Source: Nitrospiria bacterium
GTDB lineage: Bacteria > Nitrospirota > Nitrospiria > SBBL01 > JAADHI01
DNA: 64,000 bases
Reading direction: 5' to 3'
Assembly (NCBI GenBank): GCA_046756925.1
Contig: JBHHXH010000002.1
Span: 2,990-66,989, forward strand
The notes beneath the pieces were generated by a model. That model did not search any database. It saw only the letters and a program-made list of their open reading frames with translations, and was not told the origin of the DNA. Numbering within the stretch: the first letter of the stretch is position 1; every line of letters begins with the position of its first letter. Both the position numbers and the translations under genes were made by a program. Shown here piece after piece: positions 9,429-19,031 of the stretch.

Positions 9429-10771
9429 GCCTCCTTTTGCTGCAAGGGGAGCATCTCTTTGATTTCGTACATGGAAACCGAAGGAAAAAGTTTCGTAAAG
9501 ATCAAAAAGTTCAAGCTGAAGAGTGCCAGCGTGCCGATTAATATGGTGGCTTCGACGGCGGACATGCTGTATGAACCCCAGGTGAATGCGGCATCGGGAG
9601 CCGATAGGCTGGGGATGAGGATGAGATAACGCTCGAACCAGAGCCCAACATTGATCAAGATCGTGATGATCAAAAGCTTCCGCGGCGAGCGGCGTATTGT
9701 CTTCGAGATGAGAAAGAGCGGGAGCAATCCGATCGAGAAGATCATCAACCAGAACATCCAGGCGAAGCGGCCGCTGATCTTCGATTGCATGACGGACAAT
9801 TCGACTACATCTTCCGTCTGCCAAAGGACGAAGGTTTCGACAAACATCATATAGTTCCAGAGGAGGCAAAGGACAAAAAGAAAAATCGCTAGTTTTTCGA
9901 GGTGCTCGACCCGGATATAGGCCTCGAAGCGATAGTACTTCCGAATGAGCACCGAAATGGTGATCACGGCCGAGACACCCGAGTAAATAGCGCCCAGGAC
10001 AAAGGCCGGCGCAAAAATGGTGCTGTGAAGTCCGTGGACATTCGAGACGGCAAAATCCCAGGAGACAATGCTATGGACGGACACCATCAGGGGGATGAGA
10101 AAAGAGGCCATTAAAACGTAGGCCCGTCGGAGATGCTGCCACTGTGCCGTCTCCCCCTTCCATCCGAACGACAGGCAGGTATAGAGTTGCTTCCGCCAGC
10201 CTTGCGTGTGGTCCCGCGCCGTCGCCAGATCGGGGATCATCCCGAGAAACAGAAACAAAGCGCTCCCGATCAAATAGGTGTTGATCGCGATGCTGTCCCA
10301 GGTGAGCGGCGAACGCATATTGGGCCACAGCTCCCGTTGGTTGGGATAGGGCGGAAACATCCAGTAGAAATACCAGCCGCGTCCGAGGTGGATCAAGGGG
10401 AGCAGGCCGGCGTTGACGAGAGAAAAGAGGGTCATGACCTCCGCGCTTCGGTAGATCGGTTTTCGCCATTCGCTGTGTGTGAGGTGGAGTACCGCGGAAA
10501 GCAAGGTGCCGGCATGACTCAAACCGATCCAGAAAATGAAAGTGGCGATATACCCGCCCCAAAAGACGGGGTTGTTCAAACCGGTGACCCCAAGACCCGA
10601 ACGCACCTGATACGCATAAGCCGCCACGGCGGAGATGACCACGAGAACCAGGCCCGCAACCAGCATCCAATAGCGCGCCGAGGTATGGGTCAGGCTTCGG
10701 ATGACGGCCTGATCGAGCTTCGCGCAAGCCGCCATTCCGGATGTTCGATCGGTGGTCTCCGGTGCTTCCAT
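9425..10771 (-). CDS. actC: Alternative complex III quinol-interacting membrane subunit ActC (NrfD/PsrC family)
   Basis: 448-aa polytopic protein of NrfD-like appearance, placed directly after the Mo-pterin-like/FeS subunit. Tight spacing on both sides. Confidence 0.85.
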   Translation of the reverse strand: MEAPETTDRTSGMAACAKLDQAVIRSLTHTSARYWMLVAGLVLVVISAVAAYAYQVRSGLGVTGLNNPVFWGGYIATFIFWIGLSHAGTLLSAVLHLTHSEWRKPIYRSAEVMTLFSLVNAGLLPLIHLGRGWYFYWMFPPYPNQRELWPNMRSPLTWDSIAINTYLIGSALFLFLGMIPDLATARDHTQGWRKQLYTCLSFGWKGETAQWQHLRRAYVLMASFLIPLMVSVHSIVSWDFAVSNVHGLHSTIFAPAFVLGAIYSGVSAVITISVLIRKYYRFEAYIRVEHLEKLAIFLFVLCLLWNYMMFVETFVLWQTEDVVELSVMQSKISGRFAWMFWLMIFSIGLLPLFLISKTIRRSPRKLLIITILINVGLWFERYLILIPSLSAPDAAFTWGSYSMSAVEATILIGTLALFSLNFLIFTKLFPSVSMYEIKEMLPLQQKEA

Positions 10772-10772
10772 T

Positions 10773-13700
10773 TTATGTATCGATGATCCGTTTCAAATAA
10801 ATCACCGCCGATTCGGTGTTGAGGTGTTCCAAGGCGCGGTAACGCCTTGGATCGCGCGCGGCCTTCGAAACCGCACTTTGATGATCCAGCAATGAGCCGA
10901 AGTGCATGGCGTCGGCCGGACAGGCCTGCACACAGGCGGGCTGAATTTCACCGTCTTTTACTTTCCTGTTTTCCAGCTTTGCGTCTTCCTTGCCCTTGCG
11001 AATGCGTTGCACGCAGAAGGTGCATTTTTCCATCACCCCGGCATCCCTGACCGAGATTTCCGGGCTTAATTGGCGATCGAGCGGCGTCGGCCATTCGGGT
11101 TGGACCCAATTAAAGTTCCGGACCTTGTAAGGACAGTTGACGGCGCAATAGCGTGTCCCGACGCAACGATTGTAGACTTGGGCATTGAGCCCATCCGGGG
11201 TATGGTAAGTGGCGTAGACGGGACAAACCGGTTCACAGGGAGCGTTGCCGCAGTGTTGGCAAAGCATGGGGAGAAAGCGTGCGCTTGGTGTCGGATCGGG
11301 CTGCCATGTCCGCTGTATTTGAATCCAGTCCATGCTCCGTTGGTTTCGGATGCCCGCTTCCCCCACGATCGGTATATTGTTTTCGGCATGACAGGCGACA
11401 TTGCAGGCTCCGCAACCGGTGCAGCGGTCCAGATCGATCACCATGCCCCAGCGGTAGTCCTCCGGGCCGTTGTGTCGCTCGGGTTGGAGATATTTTGCCA
11501 ATAGGCCGCTCAGCCCAGGCAGGGCGATGCCTTCACGGTTGGGTAGGGCTTCGATCGGCTGAAGGGAGGTCCCTTTTTTTAAGCGCTCCGCCTCGGCCGC
11601 GTCGAGCGTGAGGCTCATGTCATGACCGCCTTGATCGCTTGCGCCTTCCGTTTTTGCGAATGTGGTCTTCCGTCCTGTTTTTTTAATCGATACGCGCGAA
11701 GCCGCCCAAGCAAGGGTCCCGGTGGCCGCCTCGATCAGCGGTGATACGACCTTCAGCGGATTGACCCCTCTCCCGGTTGCATATCGTCCATAGGCCGTAT
11801 GTCCTTGTCCGATGGGCATGGCAAGGGTATCGGCTCGAATGCCGGGCCTTGGATAGGCCGGTGCTTCCAAGGAGCCTTCAGGGGTCTCGATCTGAAGAAG
11901 ATCGCCTTCTTGAATCCCGAGCCGACGGGCGACGCTGGAATGGATCTCCACCCAGCTGCCCCATGTAATCGTCGTCATCGGATCGGGCGCCTCCTGAAGC
12001 CAGGGCTGGTTGGCGCCGCGTCCGTCGTGGAGGGTGATCGATGGATAGAGTTGGAGGTGAAAGGAGTCTTTATGGGGTTCGGCGTTCCGGCTTTTTCCTT
12101 GAATGATATTGTTAATAAGTTTCAAATCGGTGTTTTTTAAAACCATGGCATTGCTGGGTTTTTCGTCCCATCGCCCACCATTTTTTAATAGCGTTGTCCA
12201 AAAGGGTCGGAAGTCGATACCGAAATCCAAACGTTCCTCCAAACCGGAAACGAAAAACCGCTCTTCCCAGGCTTCTTTTAAAAAGGATTCGAAATTGTCC
12301 CAGGGAAAACGTTCGGAAACCCTCCCTCCAAGCCCTTCGGCAAGCGAAATGAACACATCCCCCAAGGGACGTGTATCGTACAAGGGAGGCACGACGGGCT
12401 GCATGAGGCCGACAGTCCGGTGTCCGGACGCCACCTCGGGGATGTAGTCTCCAAAGGATTCAAGCGGGGTATGGAGCGGGAAGATGAGATCGGCCATGCG
12501 GTTGGTTTCATCGATGAATGAAGCAAAACCCACGATAAAAGGTAGTTTTTCGAGATCGGGCTGGAGTTCCAGCGAGGCGGGCGCATGGTAGAGGAGGTTT
12601 GCATCATGTAAAAAAAGGGCCTGAATCTTTCCTTCCTGAATCTCTTGCCCGAGGCCCATTATTCGTTTCCAATCGAGGCGCTTTTCCCCAAAGGTTTCGT
12701 AGGGCGTATAAAATCGGATGCCCCCTTTGCGATTCGTATTTCCAACGACGGTGTTGAGTATATTGATCGCAACGGCATGAAAGAGGCCGTCCGGACGCGC
12801 CATCGCCGCATCGCCGCATAGGGCGAGGCTTACGGGCGCCGTCGCGAATTCCTTCGCCAATGCGCCGATGACTTCCTGAGGAATATCGCAGCGCTGAGAG
12901 ACGGTCTCGATGCTATATTCGTTAAGAAGCCCGCGCCATGCCTTCGCGTCCTGAAGGCCCAATCGTTCGGCGTGCCATCCTTCGTTGAGGATGATCCGGG
13001 AGAGACCCAAGGCCAGGACGCCCTCACTGCCCGGACGGAGGGCAATCCAGCGATCGGCATTGGCGCCGGTGAGGGAAAGACGGGGCTCGCATTGAACGAA
13101 TTTCCCGCGGCGGGGTCTGGCCGGCGCTTGGCGAAAATCGCCGTAGGCTTTGCTGTAGCCGACTGGAGAGAGCCATCGCTCTAAGAAATTGGCCCCGAAA
13201 GAAAGCAGGTAATCCGTATGGGCGATATCATAGTGCGGCAGGGATTCGACCCCAAAGACAAGCTTGTTGGCGGATTTCAATACCGCGTAATCCAAAAATT
13301 CGTAAGTATAAACATGCGGGCTGCCGTAACCTGCCATGAAATTCGAGACCAGTTTGCTCAGATGCCCCCTGATCGGGCTGCCGATCAGAAAAAGGCGGTC
13401 CGTCATCTGGGCGTCTTGAAGCTTCTTCAGTTCTTTTACGACGATCCGCGTTGCCTGCTCCCATGAAATTTCTTCCCATTGGTCCGCTCCGCGAGGCCCC
13501 ACCCGTTTCAAGGGCCTTTTGACGCGATCCGGATTATAGAGCACCTGCAGGGACGCTTCCCCCATGGCGCAAAGCTTTCCTTGGTTGATGGGAGAAAGGG
13601 GATTTCCCTCAATCTTTTTGGCATGTCCATCCAGCATTCTCACGGAAATCCCGCAGCCGGAAGGGCATTGTCGGCAAACACTGGAATACCAGGTTGCCAT

Positions 13701-13826
13701 GCCGGGTGCGATATCGTCGGGCGGCACGACAAAAGGGATCAGGTGCGCTACGGGCGGCTCGACTTGGTTGCATGCCCCTAAGACGCCAGTGGTTCCGATG
13801 AGTTTTAAAAAGTTTCGACGGTCCAT
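10773..13826 (-). CDS. actB: Alternative complex III subunit ActB (molybdopterin-oxidoreductase-like domain fused to 4Fe-4S ferredoxin domain)
   Basis: Start taken at MDRRNFLKLIG (twin-arginine signal) at 13826. It has an N-terminal CRQCPSGCG cluster motif, and the C-terminal third has multiple CxxCxxCxxxCP ferredoxin motifs (CTGCGACNVAC, CQHCGNAPCEPVCP, CVGTRYCAVNCP, CTFC...CVQACP). Confidence 0.85.
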   Translation of the reverse strand: MDRRNFLKLIGTTGVLGACNQVEPPVAHLIPFVVPPDDIAPGMATWYSSVCRQCPSGCGISVRMLDGHAKKIEGNPLSPINQGKLCAMGEASLQVLYNPDRVKRPLKRVGPRGADQWEEISWEQATRIVVKELKKLQDAQMTDRLFLIGSPIRGHLSKLVSNFMAGYGSPHVYTYEFLDYAVLKSANKLVFGVESLPHYDIAHTDYLLSFGANFLERWLSPVGYSKAYGDFRQAPARPRRGKFVQCEPRLSLTGANADRWIALRPGSEGVLALGLSRIILNEGWHAERLGLQDAKAWRGLLNEYSIETVSQRCDIPQEVIGALAKEFATAPVSLALCGDAAMARPDGLFHAVAINILNTVVGNTNRKGGIRFYTPYETFGEKRLDWKRIMGLGQEIQEGKIQALFLHDANLLYHAPASLELQPDLEKLPFIVGFASFIDETNRMADLIFPLHTPLESFGDYIPEVASGHRTVGLMQPVVPPLYDTRPLGDVFISLAEGLGGRVSERFPWDNFESFLKEAWEERFFVSGLEERLDFGIDFRPFWTTLLKNGGRWDEKPSNAMVLKNTDLKLINNIIQGKSRNAEPHKDSFHLQLYPSITLHDGRGANQPWLQEAPDPMTTITWGSWVEIHSSVARRLGIQEGDLLQIETPEGSLEAPAYPRPGIRADTLAMPIGQGHTAYGRYATGRGVNPLKVVSPLIEAATGTLAWAASRVSIKKTGRKTTFAKTEGASDQGGHDMSLTLDAAEAERLKKGTSLQPIEALPNREGIALPGLSGLLAKYLQPERHNGPEDYRWGMVIDLDRCTGCGACNVACHAENNIPIVGEAGIRNQRSMDWIQIQRTWQPDPTPSARFLPMLCQHCGNAPCEPVCPVYATYHTPDGLNAQVYNRCVGTRYCAVNCPYKVRNFNWVQPEWPTPLDRQLSPEISVRDAGVMEKCTFCVQRIRKGKEDAKLENRKVKDGEIQPACVQACPADAMHFGSLLDHQSAVSKAARDPRRYRALEHLNTESAVIYLKRIIDT

Positions 13827-13854
13827 TCGGTTTTTATCTCTGTGAAACGAAGAT

Positions 13855-14376
13855 TCATTTGTGGCACACCCAGCAATCGATGGAAGCATCCATCTTTCGA
13901 TGGCATTTGAGACACCAGCCCATTTCCAGTGAGCTGACCTGTTTCACCTGCTCCATCTCGGATACATCGCCATGGCATTGTTCGCAAGCCAGATCGGCAT
14001 TGAGATGCATGCGATGTGAAAAATAGACGAAATCCGGAAGGTTGTAGACTTTTTTCCAGGGAATGGGTTGGCGATTATCCCAGTAATCGAGCAATTTTTG
14101 GACTTCAGGGTGGTCCAGGGCGATCATTTCATGACAGCCGATGCATTTTTGTACGCTCGGTACCCCCGCAACGGAAGACTTCTTCGCATAAATATGACAA
14201 TAAAGACAGGCGATTTCACTTTCTTGGGCATGAGTTTTATGACTGAAATCGATCGGCTGCAGGGGTGAGGATCGGGTCGAAAAGAAAAATGCATAGGCGA
14301 GTGCTGCGCTGAGGGTGATGACTAAGGTCGGAATAAAAAGCGAGAGCAATCGGGGAGAGATCTTTGTTTTCCGCAA
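13855..14376 (-). CDS. actA: Alternative complex III pentaheme cytochrome c subunit ActA
   Basis: 173 aa with an N-terminal TM anchor. Five CxxCH motifs: CLYCH, CIGCH, CEQCH, CLKCH, CWVCH. TTG start at 14376 with AGGGA upstream. Confidence 0.85.
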   Translation of the reverse strand: MRKTKISPRLLSLFIPTLVITLSAALAYAFFFSTRSSPLQPIDFSHKTHAQESEIACLYCHIYAKKSSVAGVPSVQKCIGCHEMIALDHPEVQKLLDYWDNRQPIPWKKVYNLPDFVYFSHRMHLNADLACEQCHGDVSEMEQVKQVSSLEMGWCLKCHRKMDASIDCWVCHK

Positions 14377-14400
14377 TGGATCGTCCCTGAAATGGCAGAC

Positions 14401-14428
14401 ATTATACAGGCTCTCTCTATGAAGTCAA
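14401..14428 (-). promoter_or_regulatory. Sigma70-type promoter of the act operon
   Basis: The minus strand reads TTGACT (14428-14423), a 16-nt spacer, then TATAAT (14406-14401), about 25 nt upstream of the actA start. Confidence 0.5.
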
Positions 14429-14491
14429 GGAAGACGCGGCTCCAACTTTGTCTTGTTTGTTGGTCTTTGGGTTTATATGGCGAGCACCGCG

Positions 14492-14680
14492 CTATTCAGG
14501 ATTGTTTTTGCTTGGCTCGGGCAATTCTGCCGCGTCGTTCGTTTCGTTGGCAGGGATGTAGTAACCACCTTCGGCCCATTTTCCCAGGTCGATCAGCTTG
14601 CATCGCTCGGAACAAAAAGGACGATGCCGGTTGTTCTGCCAGTGAACCGGCTTGTGGCATATCGGACAGCTCGGAGTCAT
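14492..14680 (-). CDS. yacG: DNA gyrase inhibitor YacG (zinc finger)
   Basis: 62 aa. CPICHKPV...[24 protein letters not shown] matches the YacG C4 zinc-ribbon signature. Confidence 0.8.
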   Translation of the reverse strand: MTPSCPICHKPVHWQNNRHRPFCSERCKLIDLGKWAEGGYYIPANETNDAAELPEPSKNNPE

Positions 14681-14772
14681 TTTAGGAACTTAAGATCGTA
14701 TACATTCGAATAAAAATCCCGACTGGGTCAACACAAGCCGGGGACGCTTTGAACGATGTCGATTTGATTGCT

Positions 14773-15594
14773 TTAGCTGTTTTCGTTTCGTTTCGCAAAG
14801 GTTTTGTTCGGTTCGCGTTTGACCTTGAGGCTCGCATGAATATGACCGACTTTGATCTTGGTTTTGATAAGGACCGGGATATGTTTTTCGTCGTCTGTGA
14901 ACCAAATCGTCACATCTCCTTTGTCCATAAATACCCCTTCGTACCGGACAAGCGCCTTGGTCTTGATGGTGTTAAAGGTGCCCAAGGGTGTGGAGATGAT
15001 TTCCTTGCCGAGGATTTGAATCTCCAGTTTCCAATTTTTTCTGCTTTCGTGGACATTAATAAAAACGGATTGCCCCACCTGCAAGTTGCGGTGCATTCTA
15101 AAATAATAAAGCGCGCTCAATGAGTCTTGTACATGGGGTGGAATATCGAAGATTTCTTCCTTTTGTTCTCCTTTGTACCTTTTAACCTGGACGGCCCGAT
15201 GCCGAACTTGATCGAAATCGATCTCTTTTTCCTTTCTTCGTTTTCCTTGTCGCTGTTTGATGCGAACATAGTGCGAGTAAAATCCCTCGGTATCGATGAA
15301 GGTTTCGATGCGGTTGTTAACCGGATAGAAAAGCGACACAAATTCATTCGATTCGACGGTGGAGACGACATGGTAGGCCTGCCGTCCTTTTAATTCTTTT
15401 GGATCGAGCACTTCCATGATGGCTTCGCCGGCAGGAATGCCCATGTAACGGACATCGTATACCAATCGTTCGCCGGGCCCATACGAGAAAGGATGCACCT
15501 GATGCGCACTCGGTACGGATATGATACCTGACGCCTGGGTTTGAGAGAATAAAATGAACATCCCCAGGAGGGCCATAAAAGAAGATCGCATCAT
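14773..15594 (-). CDS. DUF3108 domain protein, secreted
   Basis: 273 aa with a signal peptide (ALLGMFILFSQTQASG). GERLVYDVRYMGIPAGEA ... DSLSALYYFR ... DVTIWFTDDEKHIPV resembles the DUF3108 pattern from memory. Confidence 0.65.
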   Translation of the reverse strand: MMRSSFMALLGMFILFSQTQASGIISVPSAHQVHPFSYGPGERLVYDVRYMGIPAGEAIMEVLDPKELKGRQAYHVVSTVESNEFVSLFYPVNNRIETFIDTEGFYSHYVRIKQRQGKRRKEKEIDFDQVRHRAVQVKRYKGEQKEEIFDIPPHVQDSLSALYYFRMHRNLQVGQSVFINVHESRKNWKLEIQILGKEIISTPLGTFNTIKTKALVRYEGVFMDKGDVTIWFTDDEKHIPVLIKTKIKVGHIHASLKVKREPNKTFAKRNENS

Positions 15595-15773
15595 TTTCGG
15601 TGTGTAAGCGTTTTTTGTTGAGGAAAAAAACCGTTATTTTTTTAATTTATCTTATTAACAGATATGCTTGGATAGGTCAAGATGTGCTGGGCGTTTTTCT
15701 TAAAATAACTTGAAGATAGGTTCTAAAACATGTGATTGTATCTTTATTGCAACCGATGACTTGAGTATTTGCC

Positions 15774-15825
15774 TTGACAGGGGGAAGACATCCTTGTATA
15801 TTTATATCCGACCAAAATAATCGGA
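15774..15825 (+). promoter_or_regulatory. isc operon promoter plus candidate IscR operator
   Basis: TTGACA (15774-15779), a 17-nt spacer, then TATATT (15797-15802). This is followed by the inverted repeat TCCGA-N9-TCGGA (15807-15825), 27 nt before the iscR ATG. Confidence 0.5.
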
Positions 15826-15851
15826 GACTTAAAAGGTCGCCTATACCTCTG

Positions 15852-16283
15852 ATGTTAAAACTGACAAAAAAGACGGATTATGCCTTAATGGCCATCAACT
15901 ATATGTCCTATCGAAAAGATTCCTTTGTCGCCAATACGCGGAATATTTCGGAAGCGTATAACATTCCCTTGGAATTACTTGCCAAGATACTGCAGAAGCT
16001 GGCAAAAAAAGGCATGATCGTCAGCCAAAACGGACCAAAGGGTGGTTACAGCCTGGCGAAAGATCCAAGTCTGATCACCTTGGGCGAAGTGATTCAGATC
16101 ATCGAAGGGCCTATACAGATTGTTCGTTGTGTTGAAGGAGACACCACATGCTCCCAAACGGAACAGTGTACGATTCGAAGCCCACTCCGAAGGATTGAAC
16201 AAAAAATTGTGTCATATTTACACAGCATCACCATTGACAAGTTTTGCCAAGAGGCAATAGAAGATGAAATCGCCGTCAACTGA
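15852..16283 (+). CDS. iscR: Rrf2-family Fe-S cluster regulator IscR
   Basis: Start at MLKLTKKTDYALMAINYM (typical Rrf2 N-terminus). Three clustered Cys (CVEGDTTCSQTEQC) could ligate a cluster. First gene of the isc operon. Confidence 0.8.
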   Translation: MLKLTKKTDYALMAINYMSYRKDSFVANTRNISEAYNIPLELLAKILQKLAKKGMIVSQNGPKGGYSLAKDPSLITLGEVIQIIEGPIQIVRCVEGDTTCSQTEQCTIRSPLRRIEQKIVSYLHSITIDKFCQEAIEDEIAVN

Positions 16284-16310
16284 CGGAACGAAACCAAGGT
16301 AGGAAATAAT

Positions 16311-17528
16311 ATGCTCAAACTTCCAATATTTATGGATAATCATTCAACGACGCCGGTCGACCCTCGGGTCTTAGAGGCCATGCTTCCCTATTTCTCCGAA
16401 AAATTCGGAAATGCGGCCAGCCGTAACCATTCTTTTGGGTGGGAGGGGGAAAAGGCGGTTGCCTATGCCCGCGAACAAATCGCTCAACTGGTCCACTGTC
16501 ATCCAAAGGAAATTATTTTTACGAGCGGCGCGACGGAATCCGACAACCTGGCCTTAAAAGGTGTGGCCGAGATGTACCGAGAAAAAGGAAGTCATATTAT
16601 TACGGTCGTTACGGAACATAAGGCCGTTCTCGATGCAGCGAAGCACTTAGAAAAAGAAGGCGCAAAGGTGACCTATCTACCGGTTGACCGGGATGGCTTG
16701 ATCGACCCTCAATCCGTCAAGGCGTCCATTACCGACAAAACGATCCTAATCTCTATCATGCTGGCCAATAACGAAATCGGGGTGATCCAGCCCATTGCGG
16801 AGATCGGACAAATTGCAAAGGAAGAGGGTATTTTGCTGCATTGCGACGCCACGCAGGGGGTGGGAAAAATTCCTGTCAATGTTGAAACGATGGGAATCGA
16901 CCTGATGTCATTCTCGGCGCATAAGATATACGGACCCAAAGGCGTCGGCGGGCTCTATGTCCGAAAAAAGAATCCTAGGGTGCGATTGGCGCCCATGTTC
17001 GACGGCGGTGGCCATGAGCGCGGCATGCGTTCCGGAACGCTCAATGTACCCGGTATCGTCGGTCTTGGCACGGCCTGCGAAATCTGTGAAAAAGAAATGG
17101 CCGAAGAATCGATTCGCGCGACCCGCTTGCGCTTGAAACTCCGGGATCATATATTAAAAGAGCTGGATGAGGTTTACGTGAACGGCCATCGGGAAAATCG
17201 TCTCCCGCAGAATTTGAATATGAGCTTTGCGTATGTTGAGGGGGAATCGTTGTTGATGGGGCTGAATGAAATCGCGCTCTCTTCCGGCTCGGCTTGTACC
17301 ACCGCGACCTTGGAACCCTCTTATGTTCTGCGTGCATTGGGCGTTGGAAGCGATCTGGCGCATTCTTCCATCCGATTCGGTCTCGGAAGGTTTAACACCG
17401 AGGAAGAAGTTGATTATGTCGGCAAAAAAATTGTGGAAACGGTGAAAAGGCTTCGGGAGATGTCGCCCCTTTATGAAATGGCAAAAGAAGGTATCGATCT
17501 CAAGAGTGTCCAGTGGACACAACATTAA
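16311..17528 (+). CDS. iscS: Cysteine desulfurase IscS
   Basis: PLP-lysine motif [11 protein letters not shown] and active-site loop SSGSACTT. 405 aa. Confidence 0.9.
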   Translation: MLKLPIFMDNHSTTPVDPRVLEAMLPYFSEKFGNAASRNHSFGWEGEKAVAYAREQIAQLVHCHPKEIIFTSGATESDNLALKGVAEMYREKGSHIITVVTEHKAVLDAAKHLEKEGAKVTYLPVDRDGLIDPQSVKASITDKTILISIMLANNEIGVIQPIAEIGQIAKEEGILLHCDATQGVGKIPVNVETMGIDLMSFSAHKIYGPKGVGGLYVRKKNPRVRLAPMFDGGGHERGMRSGTLNVPGIVGLGTACEICEKEMAEESIRATRLRLKLRDHILKELDEVYVNGHRENRLPQNLNMSFAYVEGESLLMGLNEIALSSGSACTTATLEPSYVLRALGVGSDLAHSSIRFGLGRFNTEEEVDYVGKKIVETVKRLREMSPLYEMAKEGIDLKSVQWTQH

Positions 17529-17539
17529 GGAGGTAGTCA

Positions 17540-17923
17540 ATGTCGTACAGCAATAAGGTGATCGATCATTACAACAATCCTCGAAATGTCGGGAGCCTCG
17601 ACAAGCAAGATAAGGAAGTCGGGACCGGCGTCGTCGGCGCACCGGAGTGTGGGGATGTGATGAAGCTCCAATTGAAGATTTCCGAAGGGGTCATCGAGGA
17701 CGCCCGCTTTAAAACCTTCGGTTGTGGCAGCGCCATCGCAAGTTCCAGCCTGGCGACGGAGTGGGTGAAAGGAAAGACAATCGATGAGGCATTTAAAATT
17801 AAGAACACGGAAATCGTGAATGAGTTAAATCTGCCTCCCGTAAAGATTCACTGTTCGGTCTTGGCGGAGGATGCGATCAAAGCCGCGATTGCGGATTACA
17901 AGAAAAAGAATGGAGAAGGATAA
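17540..17923 (+). CDS. iscU: Fe-S cluster scaffold IscU
   Basis: Three conserved Cys contexts (GAPECGDVMKL, FGCGSAIASSS, KIHCSVLAEDA) and the LPPVK Hsc-binding motif. Confidence 0.92.
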   Translation: MSYSNKVIDHYNNPRNVGSLDKQDKEVGTGVVGAPECGDVMKLQLKISEGVIEDARFKTFGCGSAIASSSLATEWVKGKTIDEAFKIKNTEIVNELNLPPVKIHCSVLAEDAIKAAIADYKKKNGEG

Positions 17924-17926
17924 AGA

Positions 17927-18286
17927 GTGGGGCAGATGGAAACAAATATCGGCAATGCGCAAACGGTTCGTTTGACATCCGCGGCGGTTGAAGCCGTAAA
18001 GGGGATGATTGTGAGAAAAAAATTAGGGAACGTGGCTTTGAGGTTGGGCGTCGAAGGAGGCGGTTGTTCGGGCCTGACCTATCAACTTAAATTCGATACC
18101 GAGGTGAGTCCACATGACGAAAGCTATGAGTTCGAAGGGCTGCGGGTGCTGGTCGACAAAAAAAGCCTGCTCTACTTAACGGGCATTACCCTCGATTTCA
18201 GCAAGGACTTGGTTGGAGGCGGTTTTAAGTTTATCAATCCGAACGCCAAGCAGAGCTGTGGTTGTGGAGAATCGTTCTCCGCCTGA
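17927..18286 (+). CDS. iscA: A-type Fe-S carrier IscA
   Basis: HesB/IscA family, with C-terminal CGCGESF and an upstream GGGCSG motif. The start is ambiguous (GTG 17927 or ATG 17936). Confidence 0.85.
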   Translation: MGQMETNIGNAQTVRLTSAAVEAVKGMIVRKKLGNVALRLGVEGGGCSGLTYQLKFDTEVSPHDESYEFEGLRVLVDKKSLLYLTGITLDFSKDLVGGGFKFINPNAKQSCGCGESFSA

Positions 18287-18293
18287 GGCTGCC

Positions 18294-19031
18294 ATGAATG
18301 TGATTCCTGAAAAAACAGGCCCCGAGAGGGGCCGTTCTTTTTTGGACCAGCAACCCCAAAACCGCCCGTGCTGGAGTTGTGAATACAAATCGGACGATCT
18401 CTATAATTGTTCTCAGTGCGACAAACTGCAGGAATTTCTTGAGGAGACGGATTACTTCAACTGGTTTGGTTTCGGCTATTTTCTTTCGATCGATCAAGAC
18501 GCCCTGGAAAAACAGTACCACCTCCTAAGCCGGAAATTTCATCCGGACTTTCACCAAAAAACATCACCGGAGGAACAAGCCATCAGCCTTGAAAATACCG
18601 CGCATTTAACCAAGGCCTATCGCATCTTAAAGGACCGCAAAAAAAGAATGGCATACTTGATCGAATTACTTGTAGGCGCGCAGGCGCCGCCGACAAACGT
18701 GGCGGACGATCTTTTTGAAGAAATATTGGAGATTCAAGAACGGATGGAAGCCATGCAAGAGATGGATCGATCTCAAAATGACCGCAAAGAGGCGCTGCTG
18801 TCGTCCTTAAAGATCGATCTGGAAAACATGGAAAGCCACCGGAAGGAAATAGAAGAAAGCCTGCAGTCCCTGTCATTAAAATGGGACTGCTTGGAAGAAA
18901 AGAGGGGAGCAGGGCCTTTAGGAGATTCGCAAATACTATATTTGCAAGAAATAAAAACCTTGCTGGCCAAAGACACCTATCTCGATCGTATCATCCAGGA
19001 AATACGCAGATCGATCGAAGGAGGATCTTAA
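18294..19031 (+). CDS. hscB: Co-chaperone HscB with N-terminal tetracysteine module
   Basis: ATG at 18294, just after the iscA stop. J-domain HPD (KFHPDFH). N-terminal CWSC-x10-CSQC. I rejected the ORF-track start at 18213 because it overlaps iscA. Confidence 0.8.
   Translation: MNVIPEKTGPERGRSFLDQQPQNRPCWSCEYKSDDLYNCSQCDKLQEFLEETDYFNWFGFGYFLSIDQDALEKQYHLLSRKFHPDFHQKTSPEEQAISLENTAHLTKAYRILKDRKKRMAYLIELLVGAQAPPTNVADDLFEEILEIQERMEAMQEMDRSQNDRKEALLSSLKIDLENMESHRKEIEESLQSLSLKWDCLEEKRGAGPLGDSQILYLQEIKTLLAKDTYLDRIIQEIRRSIEGGS

Noticed and set aside
9429-9869. N-terminal 147 aa of the 645-aa ORF 7932..9869 (minus)
   Set aside because: It lies entirely inside actC in another frame and has no recognisable content. 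A well-placed AAGGAGG plus ATGATG at 9428, coupled to the actC stop, gives the ActD-like N-terminus.
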